From an uncultured bacterium (GTDB lineage: Bacteria; Vulcanimicrobiota; CADAWZ01): a DNA stretch of 64,000 nucleotides. The stretch is taken from contig CADASF010000014.1 in NCBI GenBank assembly GCA_902790465.1, positions 538-64,537 of the forward strand. The letters are read 5' to 3'. Every line of letters begins with the position of its first letter. Position 1 is the stretch's first letter. Positions 18,797-28,556 of the stretch are shown here, piece by piece. Below the pieces are notes generated by a model that was given only the letters and a program-made list of their open reading frames with translations, ran no database searches and was not told the origin of the DNA. A program made the position numbers and the translations under genes.

Positions 18797-18846
18797 AAAA
18801 AAAAAGGGGTTGTAAAAAAAATACTTTTTTCACAGCCCCTTTTTTA
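18797..18846. terminator. Intrinsic terminator hairpin inside the efflux operon (between permease genes)
   Basis: GGGGTTGT...ACAGCCCC stem (one G-U pair) flanked by A and T runs on both sides. Confidence 0.45.
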
Positions 18847-18862
18847 TACCCATACACACATT

Positions 18863-20083
18863 TCACTCGTGGTTAAGTGCCTCTATTGGATTGAGTTTTG
18901 AGGCTTTGTATGCAGGATAAAATCCAAAAAAGATTCCAACACCTGCTGAAAATATAAATGAAATAACTATTGATTCTGTTGAAATAAATGTTTGTAAGTC
19001 TGGAACAAAATTAGGAATAGATTTTGAAAGTGAAATTCCAATTATAATTCCTATTATTCCTCCAATAATTGAAAGAATCATTGATTCAAGTAAAAACTGG
19101 TTTAAAATATCACTTCCTCTTGCTCCTAAAGACATTCTGATACCAATCTCTCTAATTCTTTCTGTAACAGAAACAAGCATTATATTCATAATTCCTATAC
19201 CACCGACCAAAAGAGATATTGAAGCAATGGCTAATAAAAATAATGTCAGCATTCTTGTTGTTTCTGTTCTTTTTTCTATCATATCTACTTGTGAATTTAT
19301 TTTAAAATCATCTTCGGCACTTTCTATTAAATGATGTCTCTGTCTCAAAAGTGTTGTAATTTCATCCATAGCTTCTTCTGTATATTTATCTGAAGTTATA
19401 GAACAATATATTGACCATAAAAATTTATTCTTATATAAACGAGCTTTAACAGTTGTATATGGCATTAATATAAAATTATCTTGATAATTAGCTTCTGCTG
19501 AACCTGAAGAATTTTTAGGTTTAAGAACACCAATAACTCTAAATGGAATATTTTTTACTCTTATATATTGGTCTATTGGGTCTTCGCCTTTAAATAATTC
19601 TTCTAAAACTGTATTACCTATTAAACAAACTTGATTGGCATTTTCAACATCTTCATCTGTAAAAAATTCACCTTCAGAAATTGACCAATTTCCGATTTTA
19701 TCATAGTCTGTTGAAACTCCATCAAAAATTGCATTCCAATTTTCATTTCCATATACAACTTGTGCATTTCCATTGATATTAGGAGAAGCATATTTTACAT
19801 AATTACACTCATTTTCTATGGAATAACAATCTTCTAAAGTCAATGTCTTTGCAATTCCTTGACGAACTCCATTAATTGTAACTGCCCTTGGTACAACAAT
19901 TAAAAGATTTGTTCCAAGTGCGGATATTTTATCTTCAATAGCTTTAGAAGCCCCTTGACCAATACTAACCAATGTAATAACAGAAGCAACACCAATTATA
20001 ATGCCAAGCATTGTCAAAAATGCTCTCAATTTGTTTGCATTTATCGCTTTTAAAGCTATTTTTATCGTTGAAAAAAGAGACAT
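18863..20083 (-). CDS. FtsX/MacB-type ABC transporter permease
   Basis: Paralogous to the neighbouring permeases: N-terminus MSLFSTIKIALKAINANKLRAFLTMLGIIIG and C-terminus FYPAYKASKLNPIEALNHE. Confidence 0.85.
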   Translation of the reverse strand: MSLFSTIKIALKAINANKLRAFLTMLGIIIGVASVITLVSIGQGASKAIEDKISALGTNLLIVVPRAVTINGVRQGIAKTLTLEDCYSIENECNYVKYASPNINGNAQVVYGNENWNAIFDGVSTDYDKIGNWSISEGEFFTDEDVENANQVCLIGNTVLEELFKGEDPIDQYIRVKNIPFRVIGVLKPKNSSGSAEANYQDNFILMPYTTVKARLYKNKFLWSIYCSITSDKYTEEAMDEITTLLRQRHHLIESAEDDFKINSQVDMIEKRTETTRMLTLFLLAIASISLLVGGIGIMNIMLVSVTERIREIGIRMSLGARGSDILNQFLLESMILSIIGGIIGIIIGISLSKSIPNFVPDLQTFISTESIVISFIFSAGVGIFFGFYPAYKASKLNPIEALNHE

Positions 20084-20220
20084 AGTTTATTTTTTTATCT
20101 GCATAATTTTTATTATGTTTTTATTATTTTTCTATATCTTTTCCCCTGCCAAAATATAAAATAAAAAAGAGACTGGAAAAATATTCCAATCTCCCTTTAC
20201 AATTACTACCCACAAAAATT

Positions 20221-21435
20221 TTACTCGTGTCTAAGTGCATCTATAGGATCGAGTTTTGAAGCTTGCCAAGCAGGATAGAATCCAAAGAAGATTCCAACAC
20301 CTGCAGAGAACAAAAATGAAATTATTATTGCCTCAACTGAAATTACAGTTTTTAAATCTGGAACAAAGTGCGAAATAGTAAGTGCAAGTCCCATTCCTAT
20401 TAAAATTCCTATTATTCCACCCATTATGGAAAGTGTCATTGATTCAAACAAAAACTGTTTTAAAACATCGCTTCCTCTCGCACCAAGTGCCATTCTGATA
20501 CCTATTTCTCTAATTCTTTCAGTTACGGAAACAAGCATTATGTTCATAATACCTATACCACCGACCAAAAGAGATATAAAAGCTATCGCAGACAAAAATA
20601 ATGTCAACATTCCCATTGTCTGTGCCATAGTCTCTTTTATATCAGCCTGTGACCCTATTGTAAAGTCATCTTCTGCATCATCTTTTAAATGGTGTCTCTG
20701 TCTCAAAAGTGTTGTAACTTCATCTACAGCTTGTTCTGTATATTCTTCTGCTGAAACAGAACATACGATAGATTGAATATATTTCATTCTACTTATACGA
20801 GAAAGGGCTGTTGTGTATGGAACCATTATGACATCATCTTGGTCTCCTCCCATTCCTTCACCTTTTGTCTGTAAAACCCCAACAACTCTAAATGGTACTT
20901 TTTGAACTCTTATAACTTGATCTATTGGATTTTCTCCATTGAACAAATTTTCAACAATAGTATTACCTATTACACAGACTTTAGCACTGCCTTTTACATC
21001 TTGTTCTGTAAAAAATTCACCTTCAGAAACAGGCCAATTTCTTATTTCATCATAATCTTGTGATACTCCATAGACAGTTGAACTCCAGTTTTGATTTCCA
21101 TAAACAACCTGCATTCCTCTTCTAACCATTGGGGAGGCATAAGTTATAAAAGAACATTCGCTTTCTATAGCTTTGCTATCATCAACAGTCAAAGTATGAA
21201 CAGTTGAAGTTTGTCTAACTCCTCCTGTTTTTAACATTGATGGAGATACTGTCAAAAGATTTGTTCCAAGTGAAGATATATTATCTTCAACTGATTTTGA
21301 AACTCCTTGACCAATGCTGACCATCGTTATAACAGATGCAACACCTATTATGATTCCAAGCATTGTCAAAAGAGCCCTCATTTTATTGGCATTTATTGCT
21401 TTTAAAGCAATTCTCATAGTTGCCCAAGGAGACAT
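20221..21435 (-). CDS. FtsX/MacB-type ABC transporter permease
   Basis: MSPWATMRIALKAINANKMRALLTMLGIIIG...FYPAWQASKLDPIDALRHE. Confidence 0.85.
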   Translation of the reverse strand: MSPWATMRIALKAINANKMRALLTMLGIIIGVASVITMVSIGQGVSKSVEDNISSLGTNLLTVSPSMLKTGGVRQTSTVHTLTVDDSKAIESECSFITYASPMVRRGMQVVYGNQNWSSTVYGVSQDYDEIRNWPVSEGEFFTEQDVKGSAKVCVIGNTIVENLFNGENPIDQVIRVQKVPFRVVGVLQTKGEGMGGDQDDVIMVPYTTALSRISRMKYIQSIVCSVSAEEYTEQAVDEVTTLLRQRHHLKDDAEDDFTIGSQADIKETMAQTMGMLTLFLSAIAFISLLVGGIGIMNIMLVSVTERIREIGIRMALGARGSDVLKQFLFESMTLSIMGGIIGILIGMGLALTISHFVPDLKTVISVEAIIISFLFSAGVGIFFGFYPAWQASKLDPIDALRHE

Positions 21436-21439
21436 AATT

Positions 21440-22237
21440 TTATTCCTCCGGTACAGGCATAGTCTTTAATATTTCTTCAGCGTTATTTGGGTTTGTATTT
21501 CTTCTGTCTTCTCTTATGAGACCATCTCTAAATACAATAACTCTGTCAGCAAATTCTGCTATTTCATCAGAGTGAGTAACCAAAACAACTGTTATGCCAT
21601 TTTTTCTGTTCATCTGCTGAAAAATATTCATAATTTCAACAGATGTTCTTGAATCAAGATTTCCAGTAGGCTCATCCGCCAAAATAAGAGAAGGATTTTT
21701 TATCAATGCCCTTGCTATAGCTACTCTCTGTTGTTGACCTCCTGAGAGTTGATTTGGCTGATGATAATATCTTCCATTAAGTCCCACTGAATCGAGAGCC
21801 TTTCTTGCCATTTCCTCACGTTCTTGCTTATTGTAACTTCTTGCTCTTGAATACAAAAGAGGAAGCTCTACATTTTCTATTGCAGGAGTTTTTGCAAGAA
21901 GATTAAATCCTTGGAACACAAAACCTATGAGATCATTTCTTATATCTGCCAATTCATCTCTCGACATATTGGAAACATTTCTGCCGTCAAGTATGTATTC
22001 TCCTTTTGTCAATTTATCAAGACAGCCTAAAATGTTCATGAGTGTTGATTTTCCACTTCCTGAAGTACCCATTATGGCAACGAGTTCTCCGTCATAAACA
22101 CTCAATGTTATACCACGGAGAGCATGAACTTTTACTTCGCCTGAATCATAGATTTTTTCAAGATTCTTGACTTCAATTACTGTTTTCTTATTTTTTTCTT
22201 CTTTTTCTTTTGCCATATCATTATACTCTCTTGCCAC
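21440..22237 (-). CDS. ABC transporter ATP-binding protein (MacB/LolD-type)
   Basis: Walker A GTSGSGKST, signature LSGGQQQRVAIARAL, Walker B ILADEPTGNLD. Confidence 0.9.
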   Translation of the reverse strand: MAREYNDMAKEKEEKNKKTVIEVKNLEKIYDSGEVKVHALRGITLSVYDGELVAIMGTSGSGKSTLMNILGCLDKLTKGEYILDGRNVSNMSRDELADIRNDLIGFVFQGFNLLAKTPAIENVELPLLYSRARSYNKQEREEMARKALDSVGLNGRYYHQPNQLSGGQQQRVAIARALIKNPSLILADEPTGNLDSRTSVEIMNIFQQMNRKNGITVVLVTHSDEIAEFADRVIVFRDGLIREDRRNTNPNNAEEILKTMPVPEE

Positions 22238-22241
22238 TATA

Positions 22242-23861
22242 CTATACTCTCATTGGACGACCGCCACCTGGACCACCTGGTCCTCTATTATTATTTTTCT
22301 TTTTATCCTTTTTATTGCCCTTTGAAGCTGCTGTTATAACTTTATCTCCTTCTTTAAGATCGCCTTTTACAACTTCTGTGTAATTTCCACCTGTTATTCC
22401 AACTCTCAATCTAACTGGTTTTGGATTTCCCGCTGGGGTTAATACCCATACCATTTCTGCGTCTTCTGGCTTTTTATGAGTTCTTCTTTCGCCAGATTTT
22501 GAAGAATCAGCTGAACGAGATGGTCTGTCTTTACCTGCAAATTCAGCTTTTTTATCAGGTCTCTTGCCATCTCTTGCATGTCTTTGTGGCATTGGAAAAT
22601 CAGGAATTTTTTCTGCTTTAAATCTTAGTGCAGCATTTGGAACTTTTATACATTCATCAGTGATTTTTGAAATAATAGTGATATTTGCCGTCATTCCAGG
22701 CATTAATTTCTCACCTGGATTATGTGCAGATATAACAGCTTGATATGTAACAACTCCAGATTCTACTGTAGAAACTTTTCTTACCTGTTTTACAACTCCA
22801 CTAAATGTTTCTGTAGGAAAAGCATCGACAGTAAATGTTGCCTCCATTTTTTCAGCTACTTTTCCAATATCAGCTTCATCGACATTTGCAACAACTTCCA
22901 TATTTGTGAGATCTTCAACTATTGTAAAAAGTTCTGGAGTGTTAAATGAAGAGGCAACTGTCTGACCTTCTGAAACAGCTCTTTTTGTTACTATTCCATC
23001 TATAGGTGAGTAAATTTTTGTATAACCCAAATCAACTTCAGCTTGATTTAATCTACTTTTTGCCTGTGAAACCTGTGCAAGAGATGATTTTACTTGATTT
23101 AACGAACTATCTGCTTGAAATTTAGCACTATCTTCAGATATTCTTGTCGATTCAAGATCATAAGTTGCACTTTCAAGATTTAGTTGAGCAGATTTTAAAG
23201 ATGCTTCAGCTTGATTTATTGCTGCTTGTGCAGATGTTATATCAGCCTGAGCTATTTTGTAATTTGTCTCTGCAGTATCTCTCTCAGAAGCAGAGATAAA
23301 ATTTTGTTGATAAAGGCTTTCTGCTCTTTCATAATCTAATTTTCTGTTTTCAAGTGTAGCCTTAGATTTTTCATAAGATGCCTTTGATGAATTTAAAGCA
23401 TTTTTTGCAGATTCAAGATTTGCTTTTGCAACCTCTTGTTTTGCCATTGCAGTTTTTGTAGCTGCCTGTGCTTTTTTTACATTTGCCAATGCTACTTTAT
23501 ATTGTGATTCAACATTTTTTGAACTTGCAAGTGAAGAATCATAAGAGGCTCTACTTTCTTCTACTTTTGATTCAGAAATTGAAGGGTCTATAGTAGCAAG
23601 TAATTGACCTTTTTTAACTCTTGAATTGTAGTCAACATAAAGTTTTTCTATTTTTCCATTGACCTGAGCACCGACTTGGACAGATGTAACAGGTTGAAGA
23701 GTTCCAGTTGTTACAACTGTCTGAGTAATTTTCCCTTTTTCAACAGTTATTGTTGTATATGTCAATTTTTTATTTTCTGCATGGTTTTGCATAAAAAAGA
23801 AAACTACTGCGATTATAATCAAAATCATTATTGTCGGAACTAACCATTTATTTTTCTTCAT
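22242..23861 (-). CDS. Periplasmic adaptor / membrane fusion protein (HlyD/MacA family) with a long coiled coil and a basic low-complexity C-terminal tail
   Basis: N-terminal TM, biotinyl-lipoyl-like and beta-barrel segments, and an extended Ala/Ser/Gln-rich coiled coil. The C-terminal RDGKRPDKKAEF...GGPGGGRPMRV tail is unusual. Confidence 0.75.
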   Translation of the reverse strand: MKKNKWLVPTIMILIIIAVVFFFMQNHAENKKLTYTTITVEKGKITQTVVTTGTLQPVTSVQVGAQVNGKIEKLYVDYNSRVKKGQLLATIDPSISESKVEESRASYDSSLASSKNVESQYKVALANVKKAQAATKTAMAKQEVAKANLESAKNALNSSKASYEKSKATLENRKLDYERAESLYQQNFISASERDTAETNYKIAQADITSAQAAINQAEASLKSAQLNLESATYDLESTRISEDSAKFQADSSLNQVKSSLAQVSQAKSRLNQAEVDLGYTKIYSPIDGIVTKRAVSEGQTVASSFNTPELFTIVEDLTNMEVVANVDEADIGKVAEKMEATFTVDAFPTETFSGVVKQVRKVSTVESGVVTYQAVISAHNPGEKLMPGMTANITIISKITDECIKVPNAALRFKAEKIPDFPMPQRHARDGKRPDKKAEFAGKDRPSRSADSSKSGERRTHKKPEDAEMVWVLTPAGNPKPVRLRVGITGGNYTEVVKGDLKEGDKVITAASKGNKKDKKKNNNRGPGGPGGGRPMRV

Positions 23862-25311
23862 AATCTGTTACTCCGTCATTTTTAGTATAGTTTGTATTTA
23901 ATTCTGATCCTATTGCTTTTTCAAGTTTTGCTATTGCAATATAATAATCAGTTATAGCATTTATTCTATTTATCTTTGCCCTAAAAAGAGATACTTGTGC
24001 ATCTATAAATTCAAGATTTGAACCAACACCTACATTATATCTACTTTCAGCAAGATAAAAATTTTCTTCTGCTTGTGCAAGTGTTTTTTGAGTCAATTCC
24101 ACATTTTTATATTTGTCATTCATTGTCAAAAATGCAGATTGAACTTCATATATTGCATTTTGCCAAGATGTCTCATAAGAGGCTTCAGCTTGTTCTACTC
24201 TTATTTCAGCTTGTTTAATTCTATATGTCAAACTTCCACCATCGAGTATTGGCATACTCATAGAAGCACCAACATTCCAGCTATGATCAGGGGGATATTC
24301 CTGTCCACTCCAATTATAACCTGCACTTGCAGAAATAGAAGGAGTTCTTTCAGCTCTTACAGATTTTAAAGAATAACCTGCCGATCTTATTCTTGATTCC
24401 AATCTCATCAAATCAGGTCTTTCATTTTTAGCAGTTGCCAAAAGTTCACCTATTCCTTCTGTCAAAATAGGAATAACATTTTTATATAACTTATCAGCAT
24501 CATCACCAAAATCATAATCATGTCTATATATTTCGCCAATAGCATTTGCAAGTTTCATAAGTGCTAATTCATAGGCATTTTTTGATTCTGTCAATGAATA
24601 TTCAGCATTTGCAAGATTGACTTCTGCTGTTGTAACTTCTATTTTTGATTTTGTGCCTGCTTCAAAATATGCTTTTGCCTCTTTTAGATGTTTTTCATAA
24701 GCATCATAACTTTCTTGATTAACTTCTACTTTACATTTTGCTGATATACATCTATAATAAGCATCTTTTACATTATACACAACATCTTCCTCTGCAGACC
24801 TTAAAGAACATATAGAAGATATGTAACTTTCTTCAGACACTTTTAGCAAATTAGATGTTTTTCCAAAATCTGTTATATACTGTCTTAATGAAAAACCATA
24901 GCTAAAACTGCCTGTAGAATCACGACTTGGCTGTCTCATTGACTGACTATAGGAAGCAGAAAAATTGACTTGAGGACTTAGAGATGTTCTGCTTTCTTTA
25001 TTTTGATAAAAAGATTCTTCAGTCTCAGCTCTTCTTTGCTTCAAAGTTGGATTTAATTTTAATGCCCTGTCAATATATTCTCTTAATTCTTCAGTTATGT
25101 AAGGACTTTTTGTAAATTCCTTCTGCTCAAAAATTTTTTCATTTATTTCTGTATTTGGTTTTATTGCTTCAATTTTTTCCTTGTCTTGGACATCCTCAGC
25201 AACCTGAGTTATTACGACTTGTTTATCTTCAACAATATTATCTGCAAATACAGGAGGCATGACAAAAGAGAATATTGACAGGAAATATATCAATGTACAA
25301 AGTTTTTTCAT
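23848..25311 (-). CDS. TolC-like outer membrane efflux protein (OEP family)
   Basis: Signal peptide, two OEP repeats with typical Ala/Leu-rich coiled hairpins, and a C-terminal ...YLAESRYNVGVGSNLEFIDAQ... segment. It is the first gene of the efflux operon. Confidence 0.7.
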   Translation of the reverse strand: MKKLCTLIYFLSIFSFVMPPVFADNIVEDKQVVITQVAEDVQDKEKIEAIKPNTEINEKIFEQKEFTKSPYITEELREYIDRALKLNPTLKQRRAETEESFYQNKESRTSLSPQVNFSASYSQSMRQPSRDSTGSFSYGFSLRQYITDFGKTSNLLKVSEESYISSICSLRSAEEDVVYNVKDAYYRCISAKCKVEVNQESYDAYEKHLKEAKAYFEAGTKSKIEVTTAEVNLANAEYSLTESKNAYELALMKLANAIGEIYRHDYDFGDDADKLYKNVIPILTEGIGELLATAKNERPDLMRLESRIRSAGYSLKSVRAERTPSISASAGYNWSGQEYPPDHSWNVGASMSMPILDGGSLTYRIKQAEIRVEQAEASYETSWQNAIYEVQSAFLTMNDKYKNVELTQKTLAQAEENFYLAESRYNVGVGSNLEFIDAQVSLFRAKINRINAITDYYIAIAKLEKAIGSELNTNYTKNDGVTDYEEK

Positions 25312-25417
25312 AATTTAAACCAATTGATTTTTCCTTTATTTTTTATGCCCTTCTTAATTATATTTATTTATTATATCATATTTGAATGAAAATTTTATTA
25401 AATTTTTAATGAATTTA

Positions 25418-25466
25418 TTAAAAAATAACACCGTCCTACCCCAAAAGTAATAAACGGTGTTATTTC
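25418..25466 (-). terminator. Rho-independent terminator 3' of gene 25490..26869
   Basis: AATAACACCG / CGGTGTTATT stem with a 21-nt loop; a T-run on the minus strand. Confidence 0.4.
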
Positions 25467-25489
25467 ATAATTTATACAAATATAAAAAA

Positions 25490-26869
25490 CTAAATATCGA
25501 GCTCAATCATTTCTGGCTTTTTGCCTTTTTTACCCTTTTTAGTTGTTGTTTCCTCTACTGGCATTTCTTCAATTTCATCTATCTTGTTTTCATCATGTTT
25601 TTTTGCTTTTTGGACTGTCGGAATAGTATTTGTTATGCTTTCGATAACAAGTTCATTTATTTTTACAGGTGTAAATGTGATAAATGAACTCAACAATTTT
25701 GAAATATATGCAGAACAACGTTCAATTATGAAGAGTTCGATTGTGTCATCTATTGAATTGAGGGTTTCAATGAAGTTGAAACTTACATCTTCTGTGCTTG
25801 AATTTTCGATATATTTTTTGATGACCAATGGAATATTTTTTGTAGAGATCAAAAGTACATTGTCTATATTATATGATTCAACATATAATTTAATCTTGTA
25901 GATATCTTCTATTGTTACTTTGTTATCTGCAAGTACAAATAAGAATGACTGACCATTAATGATTGAGAACATATATGTTATATCATTATCTGATACCCAA
26001 AGTCTGACTTGGTCTGATTTGATACCTGCTTTTTCAAGTGCATGAATTATTCTTACTTGTAGCCAATATCCATGCTCAATAAATTTCTTTCCCGTCGAAC
26101 TACATGAAACAATTTCATCAATAGTTTCTTTTGAAAGTGGATTTCCACAGATAAAACATTTATTAGCACCTTGTGGAGTTTCTTCTAAAGCACTTTTTGA
26201 GGAAACTTTCAAAATTGGCTGTCCAGTTTTACTACAGAGAACAACAAAATCTTTTGTTATTACCTGTCTCTTTTCAAACATATCAACTATTGGAGCTAAT
26301 GAAGAAAGTTCATCTTTTGGAAATATACTTGTTATTGAAGCAGATGTAATATCCTTTATCTTCATCAAGAAATCTCTTGTTTTTTCATCTTCAAGTATTA
26401 TTGAAAGCTCATTTTCTTCTTCTGTTGGATTGCAAGTACATGATTGTTCATCAATTACATGCTTTATCTCTGAATCATATTCATTTGCAGTCCAAACAAC
26501 TTTTTTATCAAAATATTTATCTGCTAATTCAGATATTGTTTTGAAAAATGAATCAAAATCTTCTGTAACATTATTTCCAATGAAACCAATTTGTATACAT
26601 TTTTCATACAATTCAATTTTATAAAATAAAATGTCTTTATTTTTGTTTAGAACTATATCACCAAATATGCCTTCATCTTCTAATTTTTCAGATGTGATTT
26701 CATCCCACCATTTGTCATTTGTCTCTTCTGGAAGACCAAGCCTTTTACGATATTCTTTTCTTATTGAATAGAGTACAGGCTGATAATTAGCTGAAATTTC
26801 TCTTATAAAATTAAGAACAGCACTTAATTCCATGCTTTCAAGTTCTGCTTTTTTCAAGGATATTTTCAT
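25490..26869 (-). CDS. Hypothetical protein (459 aa) with an internal CxxC...CSS zinc-ribbon-like motif and a Lys-rich tail
   Basis: ORF; KCFICGNP...IVSCSS; C-terminal KKGKKGKK; no family recognised. Confidence 0.45.
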   Translation of the reverse strand: MKISLKKAELESMELSAVLNFIREISANYQPVLYSIRKEYRKRLGLPEETNDKWWDEITSEKLEDEGIFGDIVLNKNKDILFYKIELYEKCIQIGFIGNNVTEDFDSFFKTISELADKYFDKKVVWTANEYDSEIKHVIDEQSCTCNPTEEENELSIILEDEKTRDFLMKIKDITSASITSIFPKDELSSLAPIVDMFEKRQVITKDFVVLCSKTGQPILKVSSKSALEETPQGANKCFICGNPLSKETIDEIVSCSSTGKKFIEHGYWLQVRIIHALEKAGIKSDQVRLWVSDNDITYMFSIINGQSFLFVLADNKVTIEDIYKIKLYVESYNIDNVLLISTKNIPLVIKKYIENSSTEDVSFNFIETLNSIDDTIELFIIERCSAYISKLLSSFITFTPVKINELVIESITNTIPTVQKAKKHDENKIDEIEEMPVEETTTKKGKKGKKPEMIELDI

Positions 26870-27002
26870 GTTTTCACGCTTCCTTTTTTAATTCAGACTG
26901 TCCTTAAAAAAACAGCCTTTTTATAACCTTATTTTTTTTCTTTAAAAAAATATATTTTTCCTTTATTTATTTCTTATAAAATTATAGAGTTTTTTCAAAG
27001 CT

Positions 27003-27932
27003 CTAATCTTCAAGAATGTTTTCAGCAGGAATCTTCAAAATTTTGATAGCCGATTCTTTTATCTTATCTATTTTATTTGCATTTATAAGACAAGATATAG
27101 TCGTATGTGAATCTGTTGTCCTCATTATATCAACTTTTACAGAGTCAAATGCTTCAAAAATCTTGTCCATTATACCTGGAACACCTTTTATTCCAACTCC
27201 TAAAAACATCACTTTTGCACATTCATCATCTCTTGAATATTTAAATCCTAAATCAGAAATAATTTTCTCAATTTTATCAGCTGAAGAATTTTCAGAGATA
27301 AAATGAAGTTCATCATAACAAATATTGATCATATCAAGACTTATATCAGCAGACTTAATATTTTCAAGAAGATTTAAAATATCCAAATTTGAATCTTCCT
27401 CAAAAAACACTGAAAATGAAGAACGATTATTTACTATTTCAACAGAATTTAATTTAGTTTCTAAATCTATATTAAAATCCAACTTTCCTTTTTTCTCTTT
27501 AGTTAAAACATTTTCAGGTACAGCACATGGAATCAATATCAAAAGATTATTTTCTGAAAGTAATTCCTCGATCTCTCCCCTATTTGCAAAAACCTCAACA
27601 GTATCTGTTTTTCCTGTAAATTTACCTTCATGATAAAAACCCTGACAAAAAACAGGTTTAAATTTTGCTTTTTCAAGAATTGAACAAAGAGAAACACTCT
27701 TTGCAATTTGTCGAGAATAAGAAAGCATTTTTACATCTTTACCATAAAGATAATTTTTATCAACACCAATTTTTCTCATTACAGAAAACATCTGTGATGT
27801 GGGTATCTCTTCAGATAAAATAAATATGACTTTTTCGCCTTTTGTCAAAAGTGGTAAAAGTTCAAAGGCAGCCTGATCCTCATTTCCAGCCATATCTCTT
27901 TCATTAATTACATAAGCATACATCTTTTTCAC
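27003..27932 (-). CDS. ACT-domain protein resembling an aspartokinase regulatory region fused to a degenerate kinase-like N-terminus
   Basis: C-terminal tandem ACT-like segments (AKVMFLGVGIKGVPGIMDKIFEAF...). The GRGGSD catalytic loop is absent. Confidence 0.4.
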   Translation of the reverse strand: MKKMYAYVINERDMAGNEDQAAFELLPLLTKGEKVIFILSEEIPTSQMFSVMRKIGVDKNYLYGKDVKMLSYSRQIAKSVSLCSILEKAKFKPVFCQGFYHEGKFTGKTDTVEVFANRGEIEELLSENNLLILIPCAVPENVLTKEKKGKLDFNIDLETKLNSVEIVNNRSSFSVFFEEDSNLDILNLLENIKSADISLDMINICYDELHFISENSSADKIEKIISDLGFKYSRDDECAKVMFLGVGIKGVPGIMDKIFEAFDSVKVDIMRTTDSHTTISCLINANKIDKIKESAIKILKIPAENILED

Positions 27933-27989
27933 ACCATTTTTATATAAATTTTATAATATTATTTCAAACTAAAAATAAAAAATCCCCTT

Positions 27990-28050
27990 TTATGTCACGG
28001 AAATCAATTTTTGTTAGTTCAAATAATTTTCAAAAATTGATTTTCATACC
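27990..28050. repeat. 'acggaaatcaatttttgtta' module plus its own inverted partner (caaaaattgattttc), forming a local hairpin
   Basis: 27991-28012 matches 4370-4392 and the inner repeats at 44855/44952. 28031-28046 is its reverse complement. Confidence 0.55.
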
Positions 28051-28072
28051 CAAACTGGCTCTATTTAAAAGC

Positions 28073-28107
28073 GAGGTCATTGCGAGGCGTAGCCGTGGCA
28101 ATCTCAA
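28073..28107. repeat. Left arm of a long-range inverted repeat (GAGGTCATTGCGAGG-n5-CCGTGGCAATCTCAA)
   Basis: Its reverse complement is found at 28479-28519 (15+15 nt identical blocks with a variable centre). The arms are GC-rich within an AT-rich context. Confidence 0.7.
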
Positions 28108-28478
28108 GCCTGTAAATTTATAATATTATTTCAAATTTCCAAAACAAATTTATTTTGTTTTTGATTTTGCAAATCAATATGTAACCCCGCCAAAATATAA
28201 ATATAGTAGATGACTTTATTAATGCCTGTAAATAAAGCTAAAATTTGAAATAATGTTATTATCTACTTAAAAATTGAGTTGATCGCTTCTATTTATCCGA
28301 TTTCTACCTGATCTGCTGAATAAATTTAGATGATATTAATTCACCCATAAAAGGAAAATTGTTGTAAAATAAAAAATAACACAATAGATAAAATAAATAA
28401 ATTAAGGCTGTGAAAAAAGTATTTTTTTATATAATTTTCGTAAATTAACTCATTGTGTTAGTTAATAAAAAAAAGTGG

Positions 28479-28519
28479 TTGAGATTGCCACGGTCGCACA
28501 GCTCCCTCGCAATGACCTC
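28479..28519. repeat. Right arm of the inverted repeat, 37 nt upstream of the lipoprotein start codon
   Basis: TTGAGATTGCCACGG-n11-CCTCGCAATGACCTC is the reverse complement of 28073-28107. Confidence 0.7.
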
Positions 28520-28556
28520 TATTCTATTTACTTTTTTCACAGCGTTAGGAGACATA

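Noticed and set aside
20084-20220. Shared CCCCTGCCAAAATATAAA-like motif (20138, 18700, 28179) as a promoter
   Set aside because: The spacing does not fit -35/-10 geometry. The two efflux copies are explained by tandem duplication of gene plus spacer. The third copy (28179) keeps this as a weak candidate binding site only.
28073-28112. GC-rich 40-bp segments as tRNA or other structured RNA genes
   Set aside because: No cloverleaf-compatible arms or conserved T-loop/anticodon features. The two segments are reverse complements of each other 365 bp apart, which fits an inverted-repeat element.
28455-28556. Upstream extension of the lipoprotein ORF (MLVNKKKWLRLPRSHSS...)
   Set aside because: The extension runs through the GC-rich inverted-repeat arm and has no RBS. 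A canonical AGGAGA-n8-ATG followed by a lipoprotein signal peptide sits at 28557.
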